Positions 19,601-27,586 of a DNA stretch of 64,000 bases are shown one piece after another; within the stretch, counting starts at the first letter, position 1; the number at the start of each line of letters is the position of its first letter. The stretch spans positions 32,001 through 96,000 of the IMG/VR virus record IMGVR_UViG_3300014839_000005; one strand, given 5' to 3'. The position numbers were made by a program, and so were the translations under genes. Under the pieces are notes generated by a model. The model worked only from the letters and a program-made list of their open reading frames with translations. It was not told the DNA's origin and searched no databases. Origin of the DNA: a virus.

Positions 19601-20008
19601 AGTGGGTATGTTGCTGGAGATACAGTTCCATTAACTACTATTAATGATTTTAATAAGAATCTCATAACCGAAAAGGATGTAGAGGAAACTGAAGGTATGA
19701 GATTGAATAAACCTTATGCTGGATTTGATATTGGAATAAAACTTGATAAGTCCGCTATTAAACATTTACAGAAAAAAGGTATTAAAAGAATAGAAGTAAC
19801 AAGAAATCCTATTATTCATGATCCATTTCTTGCCCCAGCTGGGATTGGCGGAAAAATAGCCTCTGCAAGTGAAGACTGGATCGCAAGAATGGCGCATAAT
19901 AGAATTGAAGCAGTTCTCAAAGAGGGTGCTACCCAAGGATGGAAAAGTTCTTTTGATGATAAAAATAAGAATCATCCGATTTCATTATTAGTTATGAATA
20001 AAATGTAA
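13661..20008 (+). CDS. rpoBC: Single-chain beta-beta' (RpoB-RpoC-like) DNA-dependent RNA polymerase
   Basis: Beta motifs TPEGGNIG, SKMQEQA, GYNYED, DKISGLHGNK, GGKNLGRME; beta' motifs NRAPSLH, catalytic NGDFDGD (17894-17914), HGARG, EPSLNMSMKAFHSGG. AGGAG RBS favours ATG 13661 over the track's 13634. Confidence 0.95.
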   Translation: MAIPSHQDILKKLSDLDTSTRSNVLMNETIKNTVGKILSSVENPNIKLQVNDIWYKQKYDNDDIAAQQSVRNKHQNWTDDIRADVSLIDKATGKIIDRNKDLKITSVPKLTPRNTYLIGGNEYSFTKQSRLKPGVYTRRQENGEISSFFNVDKTIDFDRGFNNNFKLNFNPERKTFTMGYGSKNIPLYNALKAVDIKDEDLMDKWGKDVVEANRQAYEKHEFRDQAKLYEAIFGKAAPDTMTHDQLKKEIKDRLFATKLSSETTKLTLGKEYDGVNKDVLLDASKKIIDIHKGETEGDDRESLLYKSFYDIEDHARENLVKKSKNIIGSLIYKLDKTKNINKSISSGFFDPYVIGTITKNMLSSPPSQTNIMSMIGDGNKVTVMGEGGIGNENAVTNQTRQLSNSEAGFIDPLHTPEGGNIGVTNHLTIGTIKVGNDIYNSFLKLNGEKVLYRPVDTHPLNIAFPDQYDLSSKKPEPLSNKIKVLNHGKFKEVKPEEVDAIMASHVNMFDHSANMIPFLDSIQPNRGLTASKMQEQALTLKFRDKPLFNLINEKGQSLNENLGRVSPTPRSPVDGEVVAINPNLITLQDKRGNKVKVQLYNNFSLNAEGFIHNEPVVKIGDKVTKDQLLADNNNTKNGQIALGANLKVAYMPYKGYNYEDSAIMSESAAKKLTSEHIYDFSAKKSANGHFSKNKFRAYYPEIINTKQAAKLDSDGVIHPGQEVDHGDVLIAHLERKAPTADDIALGRLEKQLRRDMANKAVTWDNDHKGVVTSVAKHGNTVTVSVKTEEPLKIADKISGLHGNKHIISKIIPDHEMPFNPKTGEYMDLTMSPIGVSNRINTSQLLEAAAGKIATKTGKQYEVRNFTQSDNTERVLNDLKKNDLSDKDILVDPQSGQPFKNPIMNGVSHILKLEHKVDHKFSARYRDGHDSNEQAITGGEEGGKNLGRMEVGALLARGATENLKEMFNIKGQKNNEYWKALETGDMLPPPAPSFVWNKQIAMMQGAGINVVQKGKQLNLKPITDEEIKDLSNGKLENPTDTYRKKDLAPIKGGLFDPVKAGGMQGEHYTHFELPEKVLNPITATAASTMLDLTLDGLEDIINGKQFVDQDSGKLVKPGTPNSFSGGPAVEKLLSQINVNKELEQLENDSKVITNKTQLNKIHRKIRYFKSLQQNKMNPTDYMIKNVLVVPSKFRPMFTMGTDNTVIMSDVNDLYQQTAYTAEALKDLKDTLNETIKDDNIKHIQLAESRGQLYQDVKALAGLREPTAFLHRSKNKKGFVAQIDGGKKQTKEGFFQDKVIEKRQDLVGRSTIILNPELGGDQIGIPKLMANKIFQPFIMQKLVSWGYNPLEAQKQIEDDTPVFQRARQVVSDERLVIANRAPSLHRWNMTAFKPILTDGKSIEVPATSIHQNFNGDFDGDCFQIHVPIGVKALEEAKKMTPSSSMLKTGFDTVLNKPDLDMVVGSWLMSQGRGGKAINLKYDSIDKARQDFKQNKFTYGDTITVDGIKAPFGLHEINSVLPEDVRKYDIELTGKNIDNWIKDTTLKHSGNMGLTLADKIKDIGNNYSTAYGYSLGLNDVRTVRDIRDPLLVEANSKMDKKNPFSIIKEIANVKDKMIKLLPGRLNPDNPLVIAASSGGGRGYENSSQIVGMPGIVLDADDRPIPMPITKSYSEGLDTSAYWAASHGARGANIKKSIQSYKPGWMTKDLMNSIYDTRIHHDIPVDTEGLEYSIDNRKHVMNRYLAKDIKDSQGKIIAKRNDIVDGDLISKLNKMKINSIFVQSPLTDPTPGDGISSWSYGVENDGKRLKSGDHIGVMSAHTITEPSLNMSMKAFHSGGAMTGTTVNTKGSVFDALDRTLRFTQAVPDKATMSTGDSKIKSIEKSSIGGWDVVLEHNDGREETRYIEPNNTPIIKVGDKVKKGDLLSTGNVSMHDVLKYKGMKETQKFLVDELDKLNEGKLDRRNIEVLVRGIANTTRVMNPGDSGYVAGDTVPLTTINDFNKNLITEKDVEETEGMRLNKPYAGFDIGIKLDKSAIKHLQKKGIKRIEVTRNPIIHDPFLAPAGIGGKIASASEDWIARMAHNRIEAVLKEGATQGWKSSFDDKNKNHPISLLVMNKM

Positions 20009-20131
20009 TATGAGATATAATTATGATCTCAATTTTAGATGGAATGTTAATTATATTAGCGTTAGTTTTATTATGTAGTTTAATAGTTATGGTAATAGAA
20101 AGAAAATTTCCAGACTTGAAATGAGGTAATA

Positions 20132-20602
20132 ATGAATGCTGAATTAGGTAATATTGCAGCTGCTCCAATTAAAGGAATGAAAAATATTGTTCCCAAAGTC
20201 GGCAAATTTATCGAACATCATGGTGAAAATGTAATTGAAGGAGCCCATAGTGTTATTGAAGGTATTCATAATTTAAAGGAATCTGCTGATGATAAAATGA
20301 ATAAAATATCTGAATATTCTTTTATGGATGAACTGGAAAAAGTAGCAAAAAAATCTCATTTTGAAGTATTGAAAAAAAATAAAGTCCCCTTAAATGATGA
20401 AGAGCGTAAGAAGGTAATGGATCGAGATGCTGTATGGCATCAAGGTCCCAATGGAGCACCTTCTCCAGCTGTATGGAAATCAATAAATAAGAAGACTGGT
20501 AAAACAACTTTTGTAACGCATACGCACAGAGCTTTTAATACGGCTCCAACAGTTGAAGGAGCTATTGGCAGGTTTCATAAATTTATTAAAGGAACCGCTT
20601 AG
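20132..20602 (+). CDS. KIA-motif protein
   Basis: Internal KISEYSFMDELEKVA. Confidence 0.75.
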   Translation: MNAELGNIAAAPIKGMKNIVPKVGKFIEHHGENVIEGAHSVIEGIHNLKESADDKMNKISEYSFMDELEKVAKKSHFEVLKKNKVPLNDEERKKVMDRDAVWHQGPNGAPSPAVWKSINKKTGKTTFVTHTHRAFNTAPTVEGAIGRFHKFIKGTA

Positions 20603-20608
20603 AAGACT

Positions 20609-20618
20609 TATATTATAA
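20609..20618 (+). promoter_or_regulatory. Candidate class-2 (late) promoter TATATTATAA
   Basis: Exact copies at 20609, 27518, 40994 (+) and 37613-37622 (-), each just upstream of a KIA-motif gene. Confidence 0.5.
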
Positions 20619-20637
20619 ATATTGGAGGATTAAAAAA

Positions 20638-20979
20638 ATGAATTTAGAAAAAATAGCAAACGACGCATTTGTTGATGAATTAAAAAAGATTGCAAGTGAT
20701 AAGTCTCCACATGTTTCTCATACATCATCAATGTATGCGCCAATAAAAGCTTCTGGTAAAGGTGGAAAATGGGGAGCAATTCTTGGTGGCGGTCTTACTG
20801 GAATTCTTGGTCATCAAGGTCTTAAACTTGCTAAAATAACGCCTGAAAATAAAGCTTACTTTCCAATTCTTATAGCATCAATACTTGGTGGCTCCTTATA
20901 TGGTGGATCGAAAGGTGCATATGTTGGAGCCGCAATGGGTGGCGCTGAAAAAGTTACATCTCATTTAAAAAATGATTAG
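20638..20979 (+). CDS. KIA-leader protein with Gly-rich hydrophobic helices
   Basis: MNLEKIANDAFVDELKKIA; GxxxG helices. Confidence 0.8.
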   Translation: MNLEKIANDAFVDELKKIASDKSPHVSHTSSMYAPIKASGKGGKWGAILGGGLTGILGHQGLKLAKITPENKAYFPILIASILGGSLYGGSKGAYVGAAMGGAEKVTSHLKND

Positions 20980-20990
20980 GAAAACAATAA

Positions 20991-21479
20991 ATGGATTTAA
21001 TAAAAATAGCAAACAACGCATTTATTGATGAATTGGAGAAAATAGCAATACCAGCTTTTTTACAACATCCATTTCCAGCTTCATTAGAAGAAGCTAAAGC
21101 TATTAAATATTTAGGAAGATATTTTTCTCCTAAGCATCCACTAATTAAAGATTTAATTTCTTCTGGTAATGAATCTATTAATATGAATAAAAGATTATCT
21201 AATAATGGATTAATTGAATTACAACATCCTGATTTAAATGGGAAATTAGATAGATTAATTAAGCGACATGAATTAGCACATTATTTAAGAGATAAAAATT
21301 CAGGATTTAAGGGTGATGAATTATATAATACTCGATTAAAAAGATTTAAAGAAGAATTTATAGCAGAACTTTCGGCAACAAAAAGAATTCCAGAATATAA
21401 AAATAAATTAAAACGATATATTCATTCTTTAGGAGTTGGTGTTTATAGAGCTTTATTTAACAATGCTGGAATTAAATAA
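20991..21479 (+). CDS. KIA-leader protein with a zincin-like HExxH motif
   Basis: MDLIKIANNAFIDELEKIA; RHELAHY with downstream EEFIAE. Confidence 0.75.
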   Translation: MDLIKIANNAFIDELEKIAIPAFLQHPFPASLEEAKAIKYLGRYFSPKHPLIKDLISSGNESINMNKRLSNNGLIELQHPDLNGKLDRLIKRHELAHYLRDKNSGFKGDELYNTRLKRFKEEFIAELSATKRIPEYKNKLKRYIHSLGVGVYRALFNNAGIK

Positions 21480-21554
21480 TGTCACAAGATTTTGCACCAG
21501 GTCTTCCCTCAAAATCACGCTGAGAAGGTTACATCTCATTTAAAGAATGATTAG
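21479..21554 (+). repeat. Chimeric scar: ligase 5' stub joined to a copy of the 3' end of gene 20638..20979
   Basis: 21479-21523 encodes MSQDFAPGLPSKSR*; 21519-21554 matches 20944-20979 at 33/36 nt with only synonymous differences. Confidence 0.85.
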
Positions 21555-21564
21555 AGTAATAATT

Positions 21565-22839
21565 ATGAATTTAGAAAAAATAAAAAATAACGCTTTTATT
21601 GATGAGATAGAAAAAATATCTTCTCCATTTCGTGCTTCAGATTTTGATAATATTATGAGAGAGGGGCAACGAGCTGGTAATGCATTGGCGGGAAAAATAT
21701 ATGGTGGAATTGGTGGAGGTATTGGTGGTTTAATATTAGGTGGTAAGATTGATAGAAAAATGTATGGCAAAAATAAAAGGCAAAATAAACAAGAGTCTTA
21801 TAAAGATTATAATAAGCGTAATAAAAATAATCAACGTATAGCAATTGAGCTTTTATCAGCAATTGGCGGGGCTGTTGGTGGAGCAAAAATTGGTGGAAAA
21901 ATTCCGTCATTAATTGATAATGGAATAAATAAATTTTTAACTACAAAAAAAATACCTGTTGCAACTAAAGGATTAATAGGCGGTACTGTTATTGGTTCAG
22001 GTGTTGGGGCTAGTAGTGGTTTAAAATTATCGAATCAATATTATGATGAAAGTCATGAAAAGTATATTAAAAGACGTAATAAAAATATTTTAAGAAATGC
22101 AATTATTGGTGGTTCTCTTGGTGCTCCAGTGGGATATTTTGGCACTAAAAAGATAAGGGAATTTATAGATATTTTGGACAAACCATATTCTGGTTATTCT
22201 GAAAGTGCTTATAAGAGTGAAAATATTCATGATCCTTATTTGAGGTTGCCATTTATTAAAACATCTGCATTAAATCCAATATTAAAAGGTGGACTTATTG
22301 GTGCTGGAATAGGGGGATCATTAGGATCTATTAGTGGGTTAGTAAAACCAAGAAAACGACTCAAAGAAGAAAAATTAAAAGATTGGAATAAAAGAAAAGA
22401 TAAAAAATGGTATCATTATGCATTACAACATTCAATTTTACCAGTTGTAGCATATGGTGGTTTGGGATCTTATCTTGGTGCAGCTTTTTCTACTGAAGAC
22501 GCAAAGAAAAAAATGAAAGCAGCAACATTGCCATTTAAAAATGCATTCAAAGAATATAAAAGACGTAAAGCAATGAACCCCAATATGGAATATGGAATAT
22601 TTGCGAATGCAAAAGATAAACAAAGCGCTAAAAAAATATTTACAGCAGAACTATTAAAAACTCATCCTGATAAATTCAGAAATCCTATTGTAAAAAATTA
22701 TGCACATATTCAAACTTTAAAATTGTTAAATATTTGGGATAATTATAAGAAAAGTGGACAATTTAATAAATTGCCTAATATGTATAAAGTAAATATATTA
22801 AAAAATGTACTTGATAAAATTAAAAAGGTTAAAATTTAA
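21565..22839 (+). CDS. KIA-leader protein with repeated glycine-zipper modules and a C-terminal J-domain-like HPD segment
   Basis: MNLEKIKNNAFIDEIEKIS; four G-rich helices; KKIFTAELLKTHPDKF. Track start is 21547. Confidence 0.75.
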   Translation: MNLEKIKNNAFIDEIEKISSPFRASDFDNIMREGQRAGNALAGKIYGGIGGGIGGLILGGKIDRKMYGKNKRQNKQESYKDYNKRNKNNQRIAIELLSAIGGAVGGAKIGGKIPSLIDNGINKFLTTKKIPVATKGLIGGTVIGSGVGASSGLKLSNQYYDESHEKYIKRRNKNILRNAIIGGSLGAPVGYFGTKKIREFIDILDKPYSGYSESAYKSENIHDPYLRLPFIKTSALNPILKGGLIGAGIGGSLGSISGLVKPRKRLKEEKLKDWNKRKDKKWYHYALQHSILPVVAYGGLGSYLGAAFSTEDAKKKMKAATLPFKNAFKEYKRRKAMNPNMEYGIFANAKDKQSAKKIFTAELLKTHPDKFRNPIVKNYAHIQTLKLLNIWDNYKKSGQFNKLPNMYKVNILKNVLDKIKKVKI

Positions 22840-22856
22840 ATAAGGAATTATTAATT

Positions 22857-23693
22857 ATGGATTTTATTAAAATTACTGAAGAAGCTTTTATAAATGAATT
22901 AGAAAAAATAGCAAAAAAGCGTGATAAGATAATGGGTGTTGGGGCTATTGGTACTGGTGCTATTACTTTAAATAAAGCAAAATCATTACTTACTGGAAGA
23001 AAAACTTTATATCACGGCACAACTTCTAAAGCTTATTCTAAAATTTTAAAAGAAGGAATTAAACCTCCTAATAAGAAAAAAGCCTTAAATACAGATGTTT
23101 TTAAACAATGGAATAAAAATTTACATAAAAATTCAGTTAAATTTGTTTATCTTTCTCCTGATAAAAAAATTGCAAGACAATTTGCTGTAAGGGGAACGTT
23201 AGGCGGAACATTACAAATAAATAAAGATATAGCAAAAGATATAGTCAACAACAATAGTGCTATTAAGAATGTTTTGAACAGAAATGTTAAATTAATAATT
23301 AATAGTATGAATCCATTTTATAATAAAAATATTGTTAAAGCTAACATTCCTATTTGGAATAAAAAATATACAGCAATACCAAATCCAGAAGCATCATTAC
23401 AAGATTTTACTTCTTTATTGAATGATGAAGGTGGTGAAAAAGTAAACTCTATATTAAAATTTTTAAGTAATCATCAAGTAAAAGAATTTAATAAAAAATA
23501 TCCAGCTTTTAAATCAATTTCTCCAGAATATATTAAAGGTTCAAAAAAATATATACCATTTTATAAAGACTTGGGTAAATATATTAAAGCAAAACCAGGA
23601 TCTTTTGCTAAAGGTTTAGGTTTAGCCGCAGCTGGAACTGGCATCGCTGGTTTAGGTATTAAACAATTATTGAAGAAAAAAGAAGAAAAATAA
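22857..23693 (+). CDS. KIA-leader protein with an ADP-ribosyltransferase-like fold
   Basis: MDFIKITEEAFINELEKIA; LYHGTT..ILKEGIKP...FVYLS..IARQFA. Confidence 0.65.
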   Translation: MDFIKITEEAFINELEKIAKKRDKIMGVGAIGTGAITLNKAKSLLTGRKTLYHGTTSKAYSKILKEGIKPPNKKKALNTDVFKQWNKNLHKNSVKFVYLSPDKKIARQFAVRGTLGGTLQINKDIAKDIVNNNSAIKNVLNRNVKLIINSMNPFYNKNIVKANIPIWNKKYTAIPNPEASLQDFTSLLNDEGGEKVNSILKFLSNHQVKEFNKKYPAFKSISPEYIKGSKKYIPFYKDLGKYIKAKPGSFAKGLGLAAAGTGIAGLGIKQLLKKKEEK

Positions 23694-24295
23694 TGTCTAA
23701 CAATTACGCTCCAGGCCTTCCTTCTAAATCAAAATTTGATCCTATTGATCAAAGTGATGATAAAATAATTTTAATGAGAAAAAAATGTGTATTGTGTAAT
23801 AAGATAAAATTAATAAAAGATTTTCATATAAATAAACAAAATATAGATAATCGTCATAGTTATTGTAAAAAATGTCATAAAAAATGGCGAGATAATTATT
23901 ATTTAAAAAATAAAGAACAAATAAATAAAAAACATATACAATATAATCATAATAATAAAAAACAAATTGCTGAAAATAATAAAAAATGGAGGCAAAAAAA
24001 TAAAGTTAAATATCAAGATCAAAAATTGAAATATAAATATAATATTACATTAGATAAAAAAAATCAAATGATTGTAGAACAAAGTGGAAGATGTGCTTGT
24101 TGTGGTGATGTTTTGGGAGTTAATCCTAAAAATATTTGTGTTGATCATGATCATATTTATAATATTATAAGAAAAATTTTATGTATGAAATGCAATATTG
24201 TTTTAGGATTAACAAAAGAAAATATTGATATTATTTTAAAATTATTAGAATATATTAAATATTGTAATAAATTAAAGGAGCAATATGGAAAATAA
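23693..24295 (+). CDS. Endonuclease VII-family homing endonuclease beginning with a ligase-like N-terminus
   Basis: CVLC...CKKC; CACC...VDHDH...ILCMKCN..LG; starts MSNNYAPGLPSKSKFD. Confidence 0.85.
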   Translation: MSNNYAPGLPSKSKFDPIDQSDDKIILMRKKCVLCNKIKLIKDFHINKQNIDNRHSYCKKCHKKWRDNYYLKNKEQINKKHIQYNHNNKKQIAENNKKWRQKNKVKYQDQKLKYKYNITLDKKNQMIVEQSGRCACCGDVLGVNPKNICVDHDHIYNIIRKILCMKCNIVLGLTKENIDIILKLLEYIKYCNKLKEQYGK

Positions 24296-25676
24296 AGAAT
24301 TTGCTCCTGGACTTCCTGATAAAAATCTGTTTGACAAAATTAATCAAAATGGTGAAACAAGATTAGTTATTCAAAAACATTTAGCTACTACCCCTCATTA
24401 TGATTTAAGATTGCAAGATAAAAATATTGCACATTCATGGGTTATTAAATCACTTCCTGGAGAACAAACCAGAATATTAGCTATACGACAACCCACTCAT
24501 ACTACAAAATATATGGATTTTGAAGGAAAAATAGAATCTGGATATGGTAAAGGAACTGTTAAAAAAGTTTATGATAAAGATGTTCATGTCTTATATGCTA
24601 ATGATAAGAAAATAAAGATGGTGTTGCCTGAAGGCGAATTCACCATGTTAAAACCTGAAAAGTTTAAAGATACTGATTGGTTAATGATACGAAATAAACC
24701 TATTAAAAATCCTATAACTGATAAACCTCAATATAAAGTAATAACCAAACCTTTAGATTTTTCTGATAAAAATAAAGTTCTTCAGCCTAAAGTCGATGGA
24801 GCCAATGCTATATTTGATTTAAGATCTGAGGCGATGAATAGAATTTATTCATATCGTACTAGCAAAAAGACAGGAATGCCAATAGATCACTCGCATCAAG
24901 TTCCAGGATTACGAGATCTTGAAATCCCAAAATCTTTAGATGGAACTGTTCTTCGTGGAGAATTATATGCTACAAAGAATGGAAAGCCATTACCAGCTGA
25001 GACTATAGGTGGAATACTTAATTCTAAACTAGATGAAAGTTTAAAAAAACAAAAAGAACTTGGAAAATTAAAACCATATATTTTTGATATTGTTAAATAC
25101 AAAGGTAAAGATGTTTCAGAAGAACCATATGCCGCTAAATATGATTTATTAAAATCAGTTCAAAAGAAATTACCACAACTAAGAGTTGCTGAGACGGCAT
25201 TTACTTCAAGTGCCAAACAAAAACTTGTTGATGCTATCAAATCGGGTAATCATCCAAAAACTGTTGAAGGTGTTATTGAGTGGGATCTTACAAAATCAAC
25301 AGGAGATCCTAAAAAACTTAAATTCAGAGATACTCATGATGTCTATATTAGGGAAATCTTTCCGGCGATTAGTGGCGTTAGTGGTAAAGAAAAAGACGAA
25401 GCAGGTGGATTTAAATATAGTTGGACTAAAAATGGCCCAATTGTAGGTAATGTTGGAACTGGTTTTGATAAATTAAAACGACAAGATATGTGGAAAAATA
25501 AAAATAATTATGTAGGAAAAGTTGCAAGAGTTAAATCTCAACAAAAATATAAATCTGGCAGTTTAAGGGCTCCTAGTTTTTATTCTTTAGATATAGAAAA
25601 AAATTTAAATTTAGAAAAAATATCACAATTTGCATTTTTAGATGAAATAAAAAACTTGTTAATTTTAAATGAATAA
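24285..25676 (+). CDS. lig: ATP-dependent DNA ligase with an N-terminal LigD-type phosphoesterase domain
   Basis: QKHLATTPHYDLRLQ..HSW (PE domain); motif I PKVDG; LRGELY; YIFDI; EGVI; GNVGTGF; SLRAPSF. Confidence 0.9.
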   Translation: MENKEFAPGLPDKNLFDKINQNGETRLVIQKHLATTPHYDLRLQDKNIAHSWVIKSLPGEQTRILAIRQPTHTTKYMDFEGKIESGYGKGTVKKVYDKDVHVLYANDKKIKMVLPEGEFTMLKPEKFKDTDWLMIRNKPIKNPITDKPQYKVITKPLDFSDKNKVLQPKVDGANAIFDLRSEAMNRIYSYRTSKKTGMPIDHSHQVPGLRDLEIPKSLDGTVLRGELYATKNGKPLPAETIGGILNSKLDESLKKQKELGKLKPYIFDIVKYKGKDVSEEPYAAKYDLLKSVQKKLPQLRVAETAFTSSAKQKLVDAIKSGNHPKTVEGVIEWDLTKSTGDPKKLKFRDTHDVYIREIFPAISGVSGKEKDEAGGFKYSWTKNGPIVGNVGTGFDKLKRQDMWKNKNNYVGKVARVKSQQKYKSGSLRAPSFYSLDIEKNLNLEKISQFAFLDEIKNLLILNE

Positions 25677-26094
25677 CAAATTTAAAAAATGTTCTATATG
25701 TAAGATAGAAAAATCATTAAATAATTTTTATACTGATCCTACTCATAAAGATGGGCATCAATCGAGGTGTAAACAATGTGATAATAAGAATGGAAAAGTA
25801 TATAAATCTAAACATAAAATAGAAAGAATGAATTATCATTTAAAATGGAAATATAATATTTCATTAGAACAAAAAAATAGAATGATTATAGACCAAAATA
25901 GTAAATGCGCATCGTGTGGAGATATGCTTGGTATTAATGCAAAAAATATTTGTATAGATCATAATCATATTACAAAAATAGTTAGAAAAATACTATGTCA
26001 AAAATGTAATGCCGCATTAGGATTTATGGAAGAAAATGTAGAAAAAATATTAAAATTAGCAGAATATGCTAAATATTGTAACCAGATAAAATAG
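25669..26094 (+). CDS. Endonuclease VII-family homing endonuclease
   Basis: CSIC...CKQC; CASC...IDHNH...ILCQKCNAALG. Confidence 0.85.
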   Translation: MNNKFKKCSICKIEKSLNNFYTDPTHKDGHQSRCKQCDNKNGKVYKSKHKIERMNYHLKWKYNISLEQKNRMIIDQNSKCASCGDMLGINAKNICIDHNHITKIVRKILCQKCNAALGFMEENVEKILKLAEYAKYCNQIK

Positions 26095-26103
26095 AAAATT
26101 ACA

Positions 26104-27489
26104 ATGGAAAACAATCCTATCTTCTACGTCCCTGTTCCCGTCATTTGCGGCGGACAGATTGTTCAGTATAAAACTGAAGGTAATTATTATTATGTAAAAA
26201 TAAGTGATACGCACCCAATGAATGGAGCTATAGCATGTTCTTTAATCTATCCTCCAGGCGCAAAAGCTAATTATGTTGTAGGAGATAGGGTAAAAGTTCT
26301 TGTTATGATGATGTTTGGTGGCGTTGAAATGAAAATACAGGGAGTAATGCGTAGTGCAAAGCATTACATTCTTGGTCTTAATGATAAAGGTCTAATCTTT
26401 CCTCTAGAAGAAGGTCCGTCATATTTAAGAAATGAAAAAGATCATTCATTTTTAAATAGAGATAATGATGCCGGCCTTTTAGCAACTGATGATGGATGTG
26501 CTATTATTACAACTCGTGGAGCTATCAAAACTATACATAGCCCCTTTGGTAATGGTATATATGAAAATATGAAACAGGATATGTATCAAAATTATCATCG
26601 GATAATTTCACATAACGAACCATATCAATCAAGAGAATATTTTGGGCTTTTTAAGGGATTAGATGCTGAAGATAAAAAATCGAGAACAGATCCTAAACGT
26701 TCTCTTTTATGTTATAAAAGATTTGTTACTCAAACAATGGATCCGTCCAGTTGGGTATCTACCTGTGAAGGGTCCTGGAATCCTTGGGTAGGGGCAAATA
26801 ATAGTGTTGAAGAAATAATTAAAGGTAGTAATATATTATATACCAAAATTATTCATTCTGGCGCTACAACTACAGCAAAAAGATTGACCGTGGAAGCCGG
26901 CGAGGAAGGCCCTACATTTTATAATTTCAGAATAGATAAGATGCTGACTGGAGAAAAAAGCATTCCTCTTGGAGCTGGAGCTTCTCCGGCGGTGTCAGGA
27001 AATACATTTAAATGCAGTATATCAGATAGTGGAGAGGTGGATGTACGAGCGGCTGCCAAGGGTATACCTTTAACAAATTTTTCAGGAGTACAATTAAAAA
27101 TTGACACTGATGGAAATCTTATTATCAATGCTAAAGGGGCTATTACTATATCTCATGGGGATGCAGATAAAAGTACATGTAGTATTGAATTTGATGGTAA
27201 GGGTGGAATCGATGTTAAGGCTTTGGGAGGATTTAAAGTTAATGGACAACCCGTTGCCAGTGCTACATTTATAGATTTTTGGTTACAATATGCGGCAGCT
27301 ATGTATACGTGTGCTACACCAGGATCTCCAGCGGTAATAAATCCTGCCGCCATACCATATATAACACAAAATTCTATTCCATTGACTAAGGATGCGAGTG
27401 CCGGAGGTTTTACGACAGCTGGATTGCCAGTTGCTCCTCCAATTACTGGATTACAACCATTTGCAGATTATCATCAGACAACAGCTTAA
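26104..27489 (+). CDS. Putative baseplate spike/hub protein (gpV/gp5-like)
   Basis: OB-fold-like N-terminus (GDRVKVL) and beta-repeat C-terminus (KIDTDGNLIINAKG, IEFDGKGGIDVKA); inferred. Confidence 0.5.
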   Translation: MENNPIFYVPVPVICGGQIVQYKTEGNYYYVKISDTHPMNGAIACSLIYPPGAKANYVVGDRVKVLVMMMFGGVEMKIQGVMRSAKHYILGLNDKGLIFPLEEGPSYLRNEKDHSFLNRDNDAGLLATDDGCAIITTRGAIKTIHSPFGNGIYENMKQDMYQNYHRIISHNEPYQSREYFGLFKGLDAEDKKSRTDPKRSLLCYKRFVTQTMDPSSWVSTCEGSWNPWVGANNSVEEIIKGSNILYTKIIHSGATTTAKRLTVEAGEEGPTFYNFRIDKMLTGEKSIPLGAGASPAVSGNTFKCSISDSGEVDVRAAAKGIPLTNFSGVQLKIDTDGNLIINAKGAITISHGDADKSTCSIEFDGKGGIDVKALGGFKVNGQPVASATFIDFWLQYAAAMYTCATPGSPAVINPAAIPYITQNSIPLTKDASAGGFTTAGLPVAPPITGLQPFADYHQTTA

Positions 27490-27586
27490 ATATTTTGATT
27501 GATTAGCTCAATTAACGTATATTATAATTAATCAGTATAGTTCCAGATAATCATTAAATTTTGTATTATACAAAAGAGGTAACAAA

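Noticed and set aside
13621-20008. Short alternate-frame and antisense ORFs inside the RNA polymerase gene
   Set aside because: They are 60-140-aa shadow ORFs with no RBS or motifs inside a strongly conserved gene.
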